Shown piece by piece: positions 9,833 through 17,793 of a stretch of DNA of 40,042 nt (positions are counted from its first letter, which is position 1; every line of letters begins with the position of its first letter). The notes beneath the pieces were generated by a model, which did no database searches, was not told where the DNA came from, and was given only the letters and a program-made list of their open reading frames with translations. The DNA is taken from the NCBI GenBank assembly GCA_044229145.1, contig JBGATO010000007.1, positions 41,584-81,625 of the forward strand. Direction: 5' to 3'. This stretch comes from Candidatus Eiseniibacteriota bacterium (GTDB lineage Bacteria > Eisenbacteria > RBG-16-71-46 > CAZEPH01). A program made the position numbers and the translations under genes.

Positions 9833-10255
9833 TTAGGAGGAGGCTCCCACCGTCTCCCGCGCCGCGGCAGCCTTGGCCGCCTTCGCCGCCGCGCGCTCCT
9901 TCGCAGCCGCGTGGTCGACACGCTCCTGCACACGAGCCGCCTTACCGGTCAGGTCGCGCAGGTAGAACAGCTTCGCGCGGCGCACCTTGCCCAGCTTCAG
10001 CACCTCGATCTTGGCGATGCTCGGCGTGTGCACCGGGAAGATACGCTCGACGCCCACCCCGTTCGAGATCTTGCGGATGGTGAAGGTCTCGCGCACGCCA
10101 GCGCCGCTCCGGGCGATGACGATGCCCTGGAACACCTGGATACGCTCCTTCTCGCCTTCCACGACGCGGACGTGCACCTTGAGGGTGTCGCCCGGGCGGA
10201 ACGTCGGGATGTCCGACTTGAGGTACTTGGCCTCGACCGCTTCAATCAATCCCAC
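9833..10255 (-). CDS. rplS: 50S ribosomal protein L19
   Basis: [29 protein letters not shown]...GVGVERIFP...[15 protein letters not shown] start at 10255 after AAGGAG. Ala/Lys-rich tail. Confidence 0.97.
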   Translation of the reverse strand: MGLIEAVEAKYLKSDIPTFRPGDTLKVHVRVVEGEKERIQVFQGIVIARSGAGVRETFTIRKISNGVGVERIFPVHTPSIAKIEVLKLGKVRRAKLFYLRDLTGKAARVQERVDHAAAKERAAAKAAKAAAARETVGASS

Positions 10256-11013
10256 GACCTGCTCCTTTCCTTCTCCCGCGCCTCGCGCGCGAGTTCTTGC
10301 ACGTACTTCCTGTCGTCGGCGCTCAGCGTGTCGGCGGCGCGCTCCAGCAATTCGGGGCGCCGCGCGTACGTGCGACGCAACGAGTCGCGTCGCCGCCAAG
10401 CGCGAATCTTGGCATGGTCTCCGGAGCGCAAAACCTCCGGGACCGCGATGTCGCGGAAGCTCTCCGGGCGCGTGTAGTAGCCGCAGTCCAAGAGACCGTC
10501 CTCGAACGAATCGGTCAGCGCCGAGTCGATGTCCCCCAGCACGCCGGGCAGGAGCCGCGTCACGGCTTCCAGGATCACCAGCGCGGGGATCTCCCCGCCG
10601 GCGAGGATGTAGTCGCCGATCGACACTTCCTCGGCGCCCAGCACCTCGCGGACGCGCTCGTCGACCGCCTTGTAGCGGCCGCACAGGATCGTCAGCGCCG
10701 GCTCTTCCGCCAGCTCCTTGACGAACGCCTGCGTGAGCGGACGTCCCTGCGGACTCGGCATCAGCACGCGTCCGCGCGCCGCCGTGTCCCCGATCGATTC
10801 CACCGCGGCCACCACCGGTTCGGGCTTCATGATCATCCCGACCCCGCCGCCGTACGGATAGTCGTCCGTCGTGCGATGGCGATCGTGGGTGAAGTCCCGC
10901 GGATCGACCACGTTCACGTCCAGCTGGCCTTGGCCCGCCGCGATGCGCAGCACGCCTTCCGCCAGCACACTGTCGAAGAAGCGCGGGAAGATCGACACCA
11001 GATGCACGCGCAT
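10246..11013 (-). CDS. trmD: tRNA (guanine37-N1)-methyltransferase
   Basis: [47 protein letters not shown]; located between rimM and rplS. Confidence 0.97.
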   Translation of the reverse strand: MRVHLVSIFPRFFDSVLAEGVLRIAAGQGQLDVNVVDPRDFTHDRHRTTDDYPYGGGVGMIMKPEPVVAAVESIGDTAARGRVLMPSPQGRPLTQAFVKELAEEPALTILCGRYKAVDERVREVLGAEEVSIGDYILAGGEIPALVILEAVTRLLPGVLGDIDSALTDSFEDGLLDCGYYTRPESFRDIAVPEVLRSGDHAKIRAWRRRDSLRRTYARRPELLERAADTLSADDRKYVQELAREAREKERSRSWD

Positions 11014-11027
11014 CGTTCTCGCCCCGC

Positions 11028-11552
11028 CTACTCGTCGTCCGGCAAGAGACCCGGGATCACGTGCACGGTCATCGTGCCGGATGCCAGATCCGTCGCCTTC
11101 ACGAACTCCTTCACCGCGGGCACCAGGATCTCTCCGTGAGGCCCGCGCACGACGTACACATCGTTCGCGCCCGGCTGCAGCACCTCCTCGAGGGTTCCGA
11201 GGGCGCGGCCGTCTTCCGCGATCACCTTCAGGCCGACCAGTTGCCAGTGGTAGTAGAGCCCGTCCGGCAGCGGCGGTGCTTCGCTCCCCGGGACCTCGAC
11301 CAGCGCGCCGGCGAGTTCTTCCGCCGTGTCGCGATCCTCGATGCCCTCGAAGTGCAGCACGCCGGTGATGTCGGCGCGTTCGTTGCCGGTCACCGTCAGG
11401 GCGCGCCGTTCGCCGTTCTTGAGCACCACGCGCACGGCGCGCAGCGTCGACAAACGGTCCGGCACATCGCTGAGACAGTCGGCGTGGACATCGCCGCGCA
11501 CGCCTTTCGGCTTGCCGAGGCGCGCCACCACCACGTAGTCGGGTGCGGTCAT
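11028..11552 (-). CDS. rimM: Ribosome maturation factor RimM
   Basis: [38 protein letters not shown]; operon context. Confidence 0.95.
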   Translation of the reverse strand: MTAPDYVVVARLGKPKGVRGDVHADCLSDVPDRLSTLRAVRVVLKNGERRALTVTGNERADITGVLHFEGIEDRDTAEELAGALVEVPGSEAPPLPDGLYYHWQLVGLKVIAEDGRALGTLEEVLQPGANDVYVVRGPHGEILVPAVKEFVKATDLASGTMTVHVIPGLLPDDE

Positions 11553-11594
11553 CGCATCACTCCCGGGCGCGACCCGGGACTCCGTCCCCAGGAA

Positions 11595-11840
11595 TCAGTC
11601 GAGAATGTCGAGCGTGGCCTTGCGGCCTTCGAGCGAGGCCGCGGCGCTGAGCAGGGTGCGGATCGAGCGGGCCATGCGGCCGTTGCGTCCGATCACCTTG
11701 CCCATGTCGTCGGGCCCGACGCGCAGCTCGAGCACCACCATGTGATCGCTCGCCGTTTCGGTCACCGAGACTTGGCTCGGATCGTCGACCAGCGACTTGG
11801 CGATGTACTCGACGAGTTCCTGGAGCGCGCTCGCGCTCAC
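11595..11840 (-). CDS. khpA: KH-domain RNA-binding protein (KhpA/YlqC family)
   Basis: 81 aa, [11 protein letters not shown]xxG loop; between rpsP and rimM. Confidence 0.92.
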   Translation of the reverse strand: MSASALQELVEYIAKSLVDDPSQVSVTETASDHMVVLELRVGPDDMGKVIGRNGRMARSIRTLLSAAASLEGRKATLDILD

Positions 11841-12175
11841 GCCTCGGCCGCCGGCTCGGCGGCCACTTCCGCCGGCGCCTCAGCAACCGGAGCGGGCGCA
11901 GGAGCCGGAGCCGGAGCAGCGGCGGCGACCGGCGCCATCGCACCGGCGGTGTTGATCAGCGCGCGCGCCTTCTCGGTGGGCTTGGCGCCATTGGCGACCC
12001 AGTACTGCACGCGGGCGGCGTCGAGTTTGATCGTGGCCGGGTTGGTCAGAGGGTCGTAGTAGCCGAGCGTCTCCACGAAACGCCCATCGCGCGGGCTGCG
12101 CGAATCCGCCACCACCATACGCCAGAAGTCACGGTGCTTGGCGCCACGGCGCGCAAGCCGAATCACTAATGCCAC
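11837..12175 (-). CDS. rpsP: 30S ribosomal protein S16 with Ala/Pro-rich tail
   Basis: IRLARRGAK...[22 protein letters not shown]...GAKPT; GAGGA upstream of GTG. Confidence 0.97.
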   Translation of the reverse strand: MALVIRLARRGAKHRDFWRMVVADSRSPRDGRFVETLGYYDPLTNPATIKLDAARVQYWVANGAKPTEKARALINTAGAMAPVAAAAPAPAPAPAPVAEAPAEVAAEPAAEA

Positions 12176-12317
12176 GAATCATCCTCCTTGTCGAACTGCC
12201 GTCTCTCCGCCCCTCGGCGGCGACATGGCTGTCGCGTCGCGTGTTTCGCGACGGGCCGGTGGACACCGCGGCGTTCTGGAGGGAACGCCCGCGTCCGGGT
12301 GGTGCGTGCGCCTCGCT

Positions 12318-13658
12318 CTACGGGCGTCGCCCGCCGAGCATCCGCGCCATCTTCTTCGCCCCGCCCCCGCGCATCATCTTCACCATCTTCGACATCTCGT
12401 CGAAGTCGCGCAGCAGGCGGTTCACATCCTGCACCGTGCGACCGCTGCCCTTGGCGATGCGCTTGCGGCGGCTGCCGTCGATGATCGCCGGCTTGCGGCG
12501 CTCCTTCGGCGTCATCGAGTGGATGATCGCCTCGTCGTGGGCCAGCGCCTTCTCGTCGATCACGGCGCCGGACTTCTTCATCGCCCCGCCCATGCCCGGG
12601 ATCATGCCGAGCAGGTCTTCGAGCGGTCCCATCTTGCGGACTTCCTTGAGCTGCTGCAGGAAGTCTTCGAGCGTGAACTCCGCCTTGCGGAGCTTCTTCT
12701 CCATCGCCGCGGCTTGTTCCGCGTCGACGGTCTGCTGCGCCTTCTCCACCAGCGTGAGCACGTCGCCCATGCCGAGGATGCGGCTGGCCAGACGGTCCGG
12801 ATGGAACACCTCCAGCGCGTCCAGCTTCTCGCCGGTGCTCAGGAACTTGATCGGCCGCCCGGTCACCTGACGCACGGAGAGCGCCGCGCCTCCGCGCGCG
12901 TCGCCGTCCATCTTGGTGAGGACGATGCCGTCGGTGCCGATCTGCGTGTGGAACGACTCGGCGACCGAGACCGCGTCCTGGCCCGTCATGCCGTCCACCA
13001 CCAGCAGCACCTCGTGCGGCGGCACCGCGCCGCGCAAGCGCTTGAGCTGGTCCATCATGTCCTGATCGATGTGGAGTCGGCCTGCCGTGTCCACGATCAG
13101 GTGGTCGCGGGCGGTGCGGCGCGCTTCGCTCAGCGCCTTGGTCACCGTCGGGACCGGATCGCTCTCGCCCGGCTCGGGCGTGACGATCGGGATGTTCACC
13201 TGCTTGGCGAGCACCCGGAGCTGCTCGACCGCGGCCGGCCGGACCAAGTCCGCGGCCACCAGCAGCGGCGCCTTGCCCTTGTGCCGCAGCCACACCGCCA
13301 GCTTGCCGCTGAAGGTGGTCTTGCCCGAGCCCTGCAATCCGACGACGAAGATGACCGTCGGCGGCTTCGGGCTCTGCGCCAGGTGGACCGCGCCACCGCC
13401 GAGCAGTTGCACCAGCTCGTCGTGGACGATGCCGACCACCATCTGGCCCGGCGTCAGGCTCTTGAGGACCTCCGTGCCCACCGCACGTTCCTCGACGCGC
13501 TGGACGAAGTCCTTGGCCACCTTGAAGTTGACGTCTGCTTCCAACAATGCGCGACGGATCTCGCGCAAACTGTCGCGGATGTTCTCCTCGGTCAGCTTGC
13601 CCTTCCCGCGCAGGCGGGTGAAGATATCGTCAAGCTTTCCGGTGAGCGAATCGAACAC
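12318..13658 (-). CDS. ffh: Signal recognition particle protein Ffh
   Basis: Start moved to GTG 13658 (MFDSLT..L). ALLEADV, GLQGSGKTT, DTAGR, TKMDGDARGGAALS and Met-rich M domain. Confidence 0.97.
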   Translation of the reverse strand: MFDSLTGKLDDIFTRLRGKGKLTEENIRDSLREIRRALLEADVNFKVAKDFVQRVEERAVGTEVLKSLTPGQMVVGIVHDELVQLLGGGAVHLAQSPKPPTVIFVVGLQGSGKTTFSGKLAVWLRHKGKAPLLVAADLVRPAAVEQLRVLAKQVNIPIVTPEPGESDPVPTVTKALSEARRTARDHLIVDTAGRLHIDQDMMDQLKRLRGAVPPHEVLLVVDGMTGQDAVSVAESFHTQIGTDGIVLTKMDGDARGGAALSVRQVTGRPIKFLSTGEKLDALEVFHPDRLASRILGMGDVLTLVEKAQQTVDAEQAAAMEKKLRKAEFTLEDFLQQLKEVRKMGPLEDLLGMIPGMGGAMKKSGAVIDEKALAHDEAIIHSMTPKERRKPAIIDGSRRKRIAKGSGRTVQDVNRLLRDFDEMSKMVKMMRGGGAKKMARMLGGRRP

Positions 13659-13961
13659 GCGTTCCAGCCGTCCGTTGGGCGTGAACCGTCCCGGCGCGGG
13701 TTGCGCGGCCTTGGACGGCATTCAGAGTCAGACGGGGTAGGCTAGCAGGGTTGGGGGCTCAGATCAAGGGGTTTGGAGCGACCTCCCCGGCGAAGGGCGG
13801 CCGGCGGTGGGCAAAGAATTGGCTGCACAACTACACCGGCGTGGGGCCGATTTTGTCGGGAATGCGCGACGCGGCGGCGACTAGGCCACAAACCACAGCC
13901 CGCCGCTTCACCTTCCACCATCCCCCGCACGGGCATGACACCTCAGCCGGAGGCCGCCGTG

Positions 13962-15158
13962 ATGTCCCGAACCGTCCTGTGGCTCGCGCTCTACGCGGGA
14001 GCCACGTTCTCCCCGGCGATGGCATCGCCAGCGCACCCCGATTCGACAGACGTGGTGCACTATCATCGCCTGTCCGACCAAATCGAGTACGATTGGCGAC
14101 CGCTGGGAATGCGTGTCGAATCCGATCTCTGGACGGATGGCCGGTGCGTGCGCTGGCGCAGTCGGTCTTGGTCACGCAGCGTGTGGTTCGGTCCGCAGCC
14201 AACTGCCTACGTGCTGCGGCTGGCGGACGCGGCAGTCTTCGCACTCTACGACTCGCCACACGTCTACCAGCAACTCGACCTCGACAGTTTGCGGACACGC
14301 TGGTGCAGGTGGGCACGTCAGGTGGACTATGAACTGCCGCTCCCCGATTCGTCGCTTGGGCACCCGGTTCGCATCTCGTGCGACGTCGACACCATCGCGC
14401 AGCAAGAGACCCTAGCAGGATCGACCTACCTTCACACTCGCATCAGGGTTCGCGAGCCGCATGGGTGGATATCGAGCTTCGGGTGGAGCCCTCCCGCTAC
14501 GGGCCCCGACACCCTCCAACGCGCGGAGTGGATCGACCTCGACCTCTGGACGGCTCCCGCGGCGGGACTCGATCCCTCGGTCGAGAAGGCAATTCATATC
14601 TTGGCCGGCGACTCGTTGACGGCATGCCCGGGGCTGGATGCAGTGCTGCGCGACCTGCTCGGCGTGGCAAGCAGTAGCGCCTCGCTGTTCTGCGCGTGGC
14701 CGATGCGCGCCGCCGTTCCTGCGATGCGGACGCTGCAGGGTGCCCGCGACGTCGCGCGCAGCCTCTCACTCGGATTGTGCGGGCCACCACCGAATCGCTC
14801 TGACGCCGCACGCGTCGACACCACGTTCGCCCGCTTGCGGAGCTTCGTGATCGACGCCTATCGAGACAGCGCCGGTTGGTCCAACGGCCTCGAGCGGACG
14901 CTGCGTGCGCAAGTGCTGCGCACCTTTCCTACGACGGACACACCCGACACCGTCGGCAGTGGATCCCACTGGCCGAACCTCCGCGCCCTCGGCGTGAAGG
15001 GTCCGGGAGTGCAAGAGTTCACGGTGCGCCGCGAACGTGTCGCCCTCGACGCCGTCGACATTCCGGCGTGGATGCCGGCCGCGCGTGACGGTGACCTCTG
15101 GGAACCGTGTCCGATGCGCGTCCTCAAGCCCATCGTGCGGCGATCACTGCGGGTGTAG
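13962..15158 (+). CDS. Exported hypothetical protein, weak DUF4412-like N-terminal half
   Basis: GGAGG precedes GTG 13959/ATG 13962. Signal-peptide-like MSRTVLWLALYAGATFSPAMA. Segments YVLRLAD..YQQLDL, QETLAG and DLWTAP resemble the DUF4412 pattern (by eye only). Confidence 0.55.
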   Translation: MSRTVLWLALYAGATFSPAMASPAHPDSTDVVHYHRLSDQIEYDWRPLGMRVESDLWTDGRCVRWRSRSWSRSVWFGPQPTAYVLRLADAAVFALYDSPHVYQQLDLDSLRTRWCRWARQVDYELPLPDSSLGHPVRISCDVDTIAQQETLAGSTYLHTRIRVREPHGWISSFGWSPPATGPDTLQRAEWIDLDLWTAPAAGLDPSVEKAIHILAGDSLTACPGLDAVLRDLLGVASSSASLFCAWPMRAAVPAMRTLQGARDVARSLSLGLCGPPPNRSDAARVDTTFARLRSFVIDAYRDSAGWSNGLERTLRAQVLRTFPTTDTPDTVGSGSHWPNLRALGVKGPGVQEFTVRRERVALDAVDIPAWMPAARDGDLWEPCPMRVLKPIVRRSLRV

Positions 15159-15167
15159 GTGGGGTGT

Positions 15168-15362
15168 GTGGCGAAATTCGCTCTCGCGGGCGACCTCGGT
15201 TGGGAGGCCGCCCGCGTATGAATCGACGATCGCGTCGCGTACGGCGAACTCCGCATGATCGCACTCGCGCCGCAGTCCGGCGTACTCCACTCCGTCGCAT
15301 TCGTCGATCACGGCGAGCGGCGACGCATCATCAGTCTTCGCCGGGCCAACCGACGAGAGGCT
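15168..15362 (+). pseudogene. Decayed BrnT-family toxin (N-terminally truncated, internal TGA at 15219-15221)
   Basis: Frame reads VAKFALAGDLGWEAARV*IDDRVAYGELRMIALAP...RRIISLRRANRRE, matching the BrnT pattern F..A..fDW....W.DDR..YGE.R...R.IS.R.AN.RE. The N-terminal D..K...N...G part is absent. Confidence 0.75.
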
Positions 15363-15575
15363 GTGGACAAGGTCCGGCTACTGCGCGATGTCGTGGGGAA
15401 GCCGCTGACCGTCTGGCTCGGCGATCCGAACGCGGAGCACATCTGCGAAGCGACGGCGGATCAAATCGTGTTGATTGAGGACGCGACAGGACGCGTCATC
15501 GGCATCAAGACTCTGCACTTCCAGTCGACTGGAGCGGCACTGACCGTCGAGACATTCGTTACGCCGGACGCGTAG
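15363..15575 (+). CDS. DUF2283-like putative antitoxin, in frame with the BrnT remnant
   Basis: VDKVRLLRDVVGKPLTVWLGDP..EHICE..ADQIVLIEDATGRVIGI resembles DUF2283 proteins. Possibly degenerate. Confidence 0.6.
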   Translation: MDKVRLLRDVVGKPLTVWLGDPNAEHICEATADQIVLIEDATGRVIGIKTLHFQSTGAALTVETFVTPDA

Positions 15576-15622
15576 ACATCATGCGTCGTGCGAGGCTTAA
15601 GATCTGACCCTCCCGGGAAGTG

Positions 15623-15856
15623 TTAGCCCGCGAGTCGAAGATTGGCGGTGACCGGCAACTCGAACATGTCGTTCCGCAAGAGCCGCGTCGAGAAGAAGAG
15701 GACCTCGAGGTTCTCGACGTCCTGCGTCGCGGGGTTGATGCGGGCGATGACCTCGTCGCCGAGTTCCTCGGACTCCTGCTCCGCGTACGGGGGACACTTG
15801 TCGATGTGGAGAATGTCGGCTTCGCGGTCGTACCGAAACTTCAGCTTCGCGTCCAT
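15623..15856 (-). CDS. DUF2283-family putative antitoxin
   Basis: 77 aa, LKFRYDREADILHI...EELGDEVIARINP....VENLEVL; start overlaps the upstream gene's end. Confidence 0.8.
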   Translation of the reverse strand: MDAKLKFRYDREADILHIDKCPPYAEQESEELGDEVIARINPATQDVENLEVLFFSTRLLRNDMFELPVTANLRLAG

Positions 15857-16167
15857 TCGAGTTCCCCTTCGGCGAGCTTTCGGGCGATGTACGCCGTGAT
15901 GATCCAATGCCTCTCACGCTGGTCGCGGTCGCTGACGACGACCACCACCACATGTTTCCCGTGTCGAACGTCATCATACCATCGCGAGATCAGCCGGGCA
16001 CTGCCGAAGCGCGCACTGCGACGAACCTGATCGGGCTCGGCGAGAGTTTGCGCGATCCGGTCTCGGTGTTCTGGCAGCAGCTCAGGATGGCGTTCCGCGA
16101 TATGGAGCTCACGCTCCTCGCTCAACTCCACTTCGCCTTTCAGGTATGGACACGGGTACCGGCTCAT
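15841..16167 (-). CDS. Putative RelE/BECR-fold (PBECR2/DUF4258-like) ribonuclease toxin
   Basis: 108 aa, VELSEERELHIAERHPEL...TLAEPDQV...VVVVVV...WIITAYIARK; directly upstream of and overlapping a DUF2283 gene. Confidence 0.7.
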   Translation of the reverse strand: MSRYPCPYLKGEVELSEERELHIAERHPELLPEHRDRIAQTLAEPDQVRRSARFGSARLISRWYDDVRHGKHVVVVVVSDRDQRERHWIITAYIARKLAEGELEWTRS

Positions 16168-16277
16168 TGCGCGCCATTCGCTGGCATTGTCACCTCTCGT
16201 GTGCGTCCCGCCGACGATCGGCCACGCGGAAGGTCGCAAGCTTACACGCACGCTCCGACAACACGGCGGCGGCTCCC

Positions 16278-16937
16278 CTACCGCAACGACGCGATCGCCG
16301 CCCCGCGGTCCGCCTGCTTGAAGACGTAACTCCCGGCGACGAGCACGTCGGCGCCCGCTTCGACGCACCGCTTCCCCGTCTCGGCGTTGATGCCGCCGTC
16401 GACGCTCAGTTCCAGATCGAGGTGCCGCCACTCGCGTTCGTGCGCGAGCGTGCGCAGCTTCGGCAGCGCCTCCTCCATGAACGACTGGCCGCCGAAGCCG
16501 GGCACCACGCTCATCACCAGCACGAGGTCGAGTTCGTCGAGGACGCCGAAGATCGGCTCGACCGGCGTCGCCGGATTCACCGAGATGCCGACCCGCACGC
16601 CGTGATCGCGCAACGCCGCGATCGCGTCCGGGTTCGCCAGGCCGAGTTCGGCGTGCATGGTGAGCGCGTCGGCGCCGGCGTGGGCGAAGTCCGGCGCGTA
16701 GCGCAACGGGTCGGTGATCATGAGATGGACGTCGAGCGGCAGCGTCGTCAATTTGCGCACCGCTTCGACCAGGATCGGCCCGAAGGTGAGGTTGGGGACG
16801 AAGTGGCCGTCCATCACGTCGACGTGGATCTGGTCGGCGCCGCCGGCTTCGATCGAGGCGATCTCGTCGGCGAGACGCGAGAAGTCGGCGGAGAGGATCG
16901 ACGGGGCGATGCGCACGCGGCGCGGTGTCGCGGACAC
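16278..16937 (-). CDS. rpe: Ribulose-phosphate 3-epimerase
   Basis: IAPSILSADF, HVDVMDGHFVPNLTFG, DVHLMI, MSVVPGFGGQ, VDGGIN. Confidence 0.97.
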   Translation of the reverse strand: MSATPRRVRIAPSILSADFSRLADEIASIEAGGADQIHVDVMDGHFVPNLTFGPILVEAVRKLTTLPLDVHLMITDPLRYAPDFAHAGADALTMHAELGLANPDAIAALRDHGVRVGISVNPATPVEPIFGVLDELDLVLVMSVVPGFGGQSFMEEALPKLRTLAHEREWRHLDLELSVDGGINAETGKRCVEAGADVLVAGSYVFKQADRGAAIASLR

Positions 16938-16962
16938 GGGTTCGGGCCTCCTGCCCAGCGGG

Positions 16963-17793
16963 CTACTGCTTCGAGACGAGAAGGATGCTGTCGCCGGGCG
17001 CGAGCACGGTGCCGGGCGGCGGGTATTGGTCGACGATCACCGCGCCCTCGGGCAGCGGCGTGCCGTCGGAGCCGAGCACGGCGACGCGGTAGCCTTCGCT
17101 GCTCAGCAACTCGTTGATGCCATCCACCGAGCGCCCACGCACGTCGGGCATCGTGTTGGTGGCCGGCGGCGGACCGAGGCTGACACGGAGATCCACGGTG
17201 GTGCCCGGCGCGACGCCCGAGTCGGCGCCCGGCGCGCACGCCATCACCTGTCCCGCGGCGATCGCCTCAGAGTAACCGTAGCCGACGTGTCCGGCGGCGA
17301 GCCCGGCGTTCTCGAGCAGCAAGCGCGCCTGCTGCACGTCGACGCCCGCGACCGATGGCACCTTGACCAACTCCGGCCCGAGACTCACGAGCACCGAGAT
17401 CAAGCGGTCCGCCTTGACCAGCGAGCCGGCGGGCGGATCGGTGGACACCACGCGACCGGCCGGCACCGCGGTGGACGGCGCCTCGCCGGCCCGTGTCATC
17501 CGCAGGCCGAGCGATTGCAGCACCGTCTGGGCGGAATCGAGCGGCGCGCCGGTGAGATCCGGCAGCGCGATCTCGTCGCCGTGATTCACCGCGTGCGGCA
17601 TCACGAGGTAATTCACCACCGCGAAGGTACCGCCGAACGCCACGACCCCGAGCAACACCAGCCACACCCACAACCGCACGCCTCCGCCGCGCGAGGGCGG
17701 CGGGGCGTCGGGTGGTTCACTGAACTGACCGCGCGGAGGCGCGCCGACGACCGGTGCGCCGGCGTGCTCCTCGTCGTCGACGTGCTTAGCCAC
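16963..17793 (-). CDS. Single-TM protein with three PASTA domains, no kinase domain
   Basis: TM segment LWVWLVLLGVVAFGGTFAVV, then LPDLTG / VPSVAG / MPDVRG repeats ending VSLGP/VSK. Confidence 0.88.
   Translation of the reverse strand: MAKHVDDEEHAGAPVVGAPPRGQFSEPPDAPPPSRGGGVRLWVWLVLLGVVAFGGTFAVVNYLVMPHAVNHGDEIALPDLTGAPLDSAQTVLQSLGLRMTRAGEAPSTAVPAGRVVSTDPPAGSLVKADRLISVLVSLGPELVKVPSVAGVDVQQARLLLENAGLAAGHVGYGYSEAIAAGQVMACAPGADSGVAPGTTVDLRVSLGPPPATNTMPDVRGRSVDGINELLSSEGYRVAVLGSDGTPLPEGAVIVDQYPPPGTVLAPGDSILLVSKQ

Noticed and set aside
12215..12260. Short hairpins between ffh and rpsP as a ribosomal-protein leader
   Set aside because: Stems of 6-7 bp are common by chance at this GC content, and no recognisable motif was found.
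15219..15221. TGA as Trp or Sec recoding
   Set aside because: TGA is an ordinary stop for many genes here (trmD, yebC, ruvC, fmt), and the BrnT remnant is also truncated.
13760..16270. Accessory patch as an integrative or transposable element
   Set aside because: No integrase, transposase, tRNA target or convincing flanking direct or inverted repeats were found.
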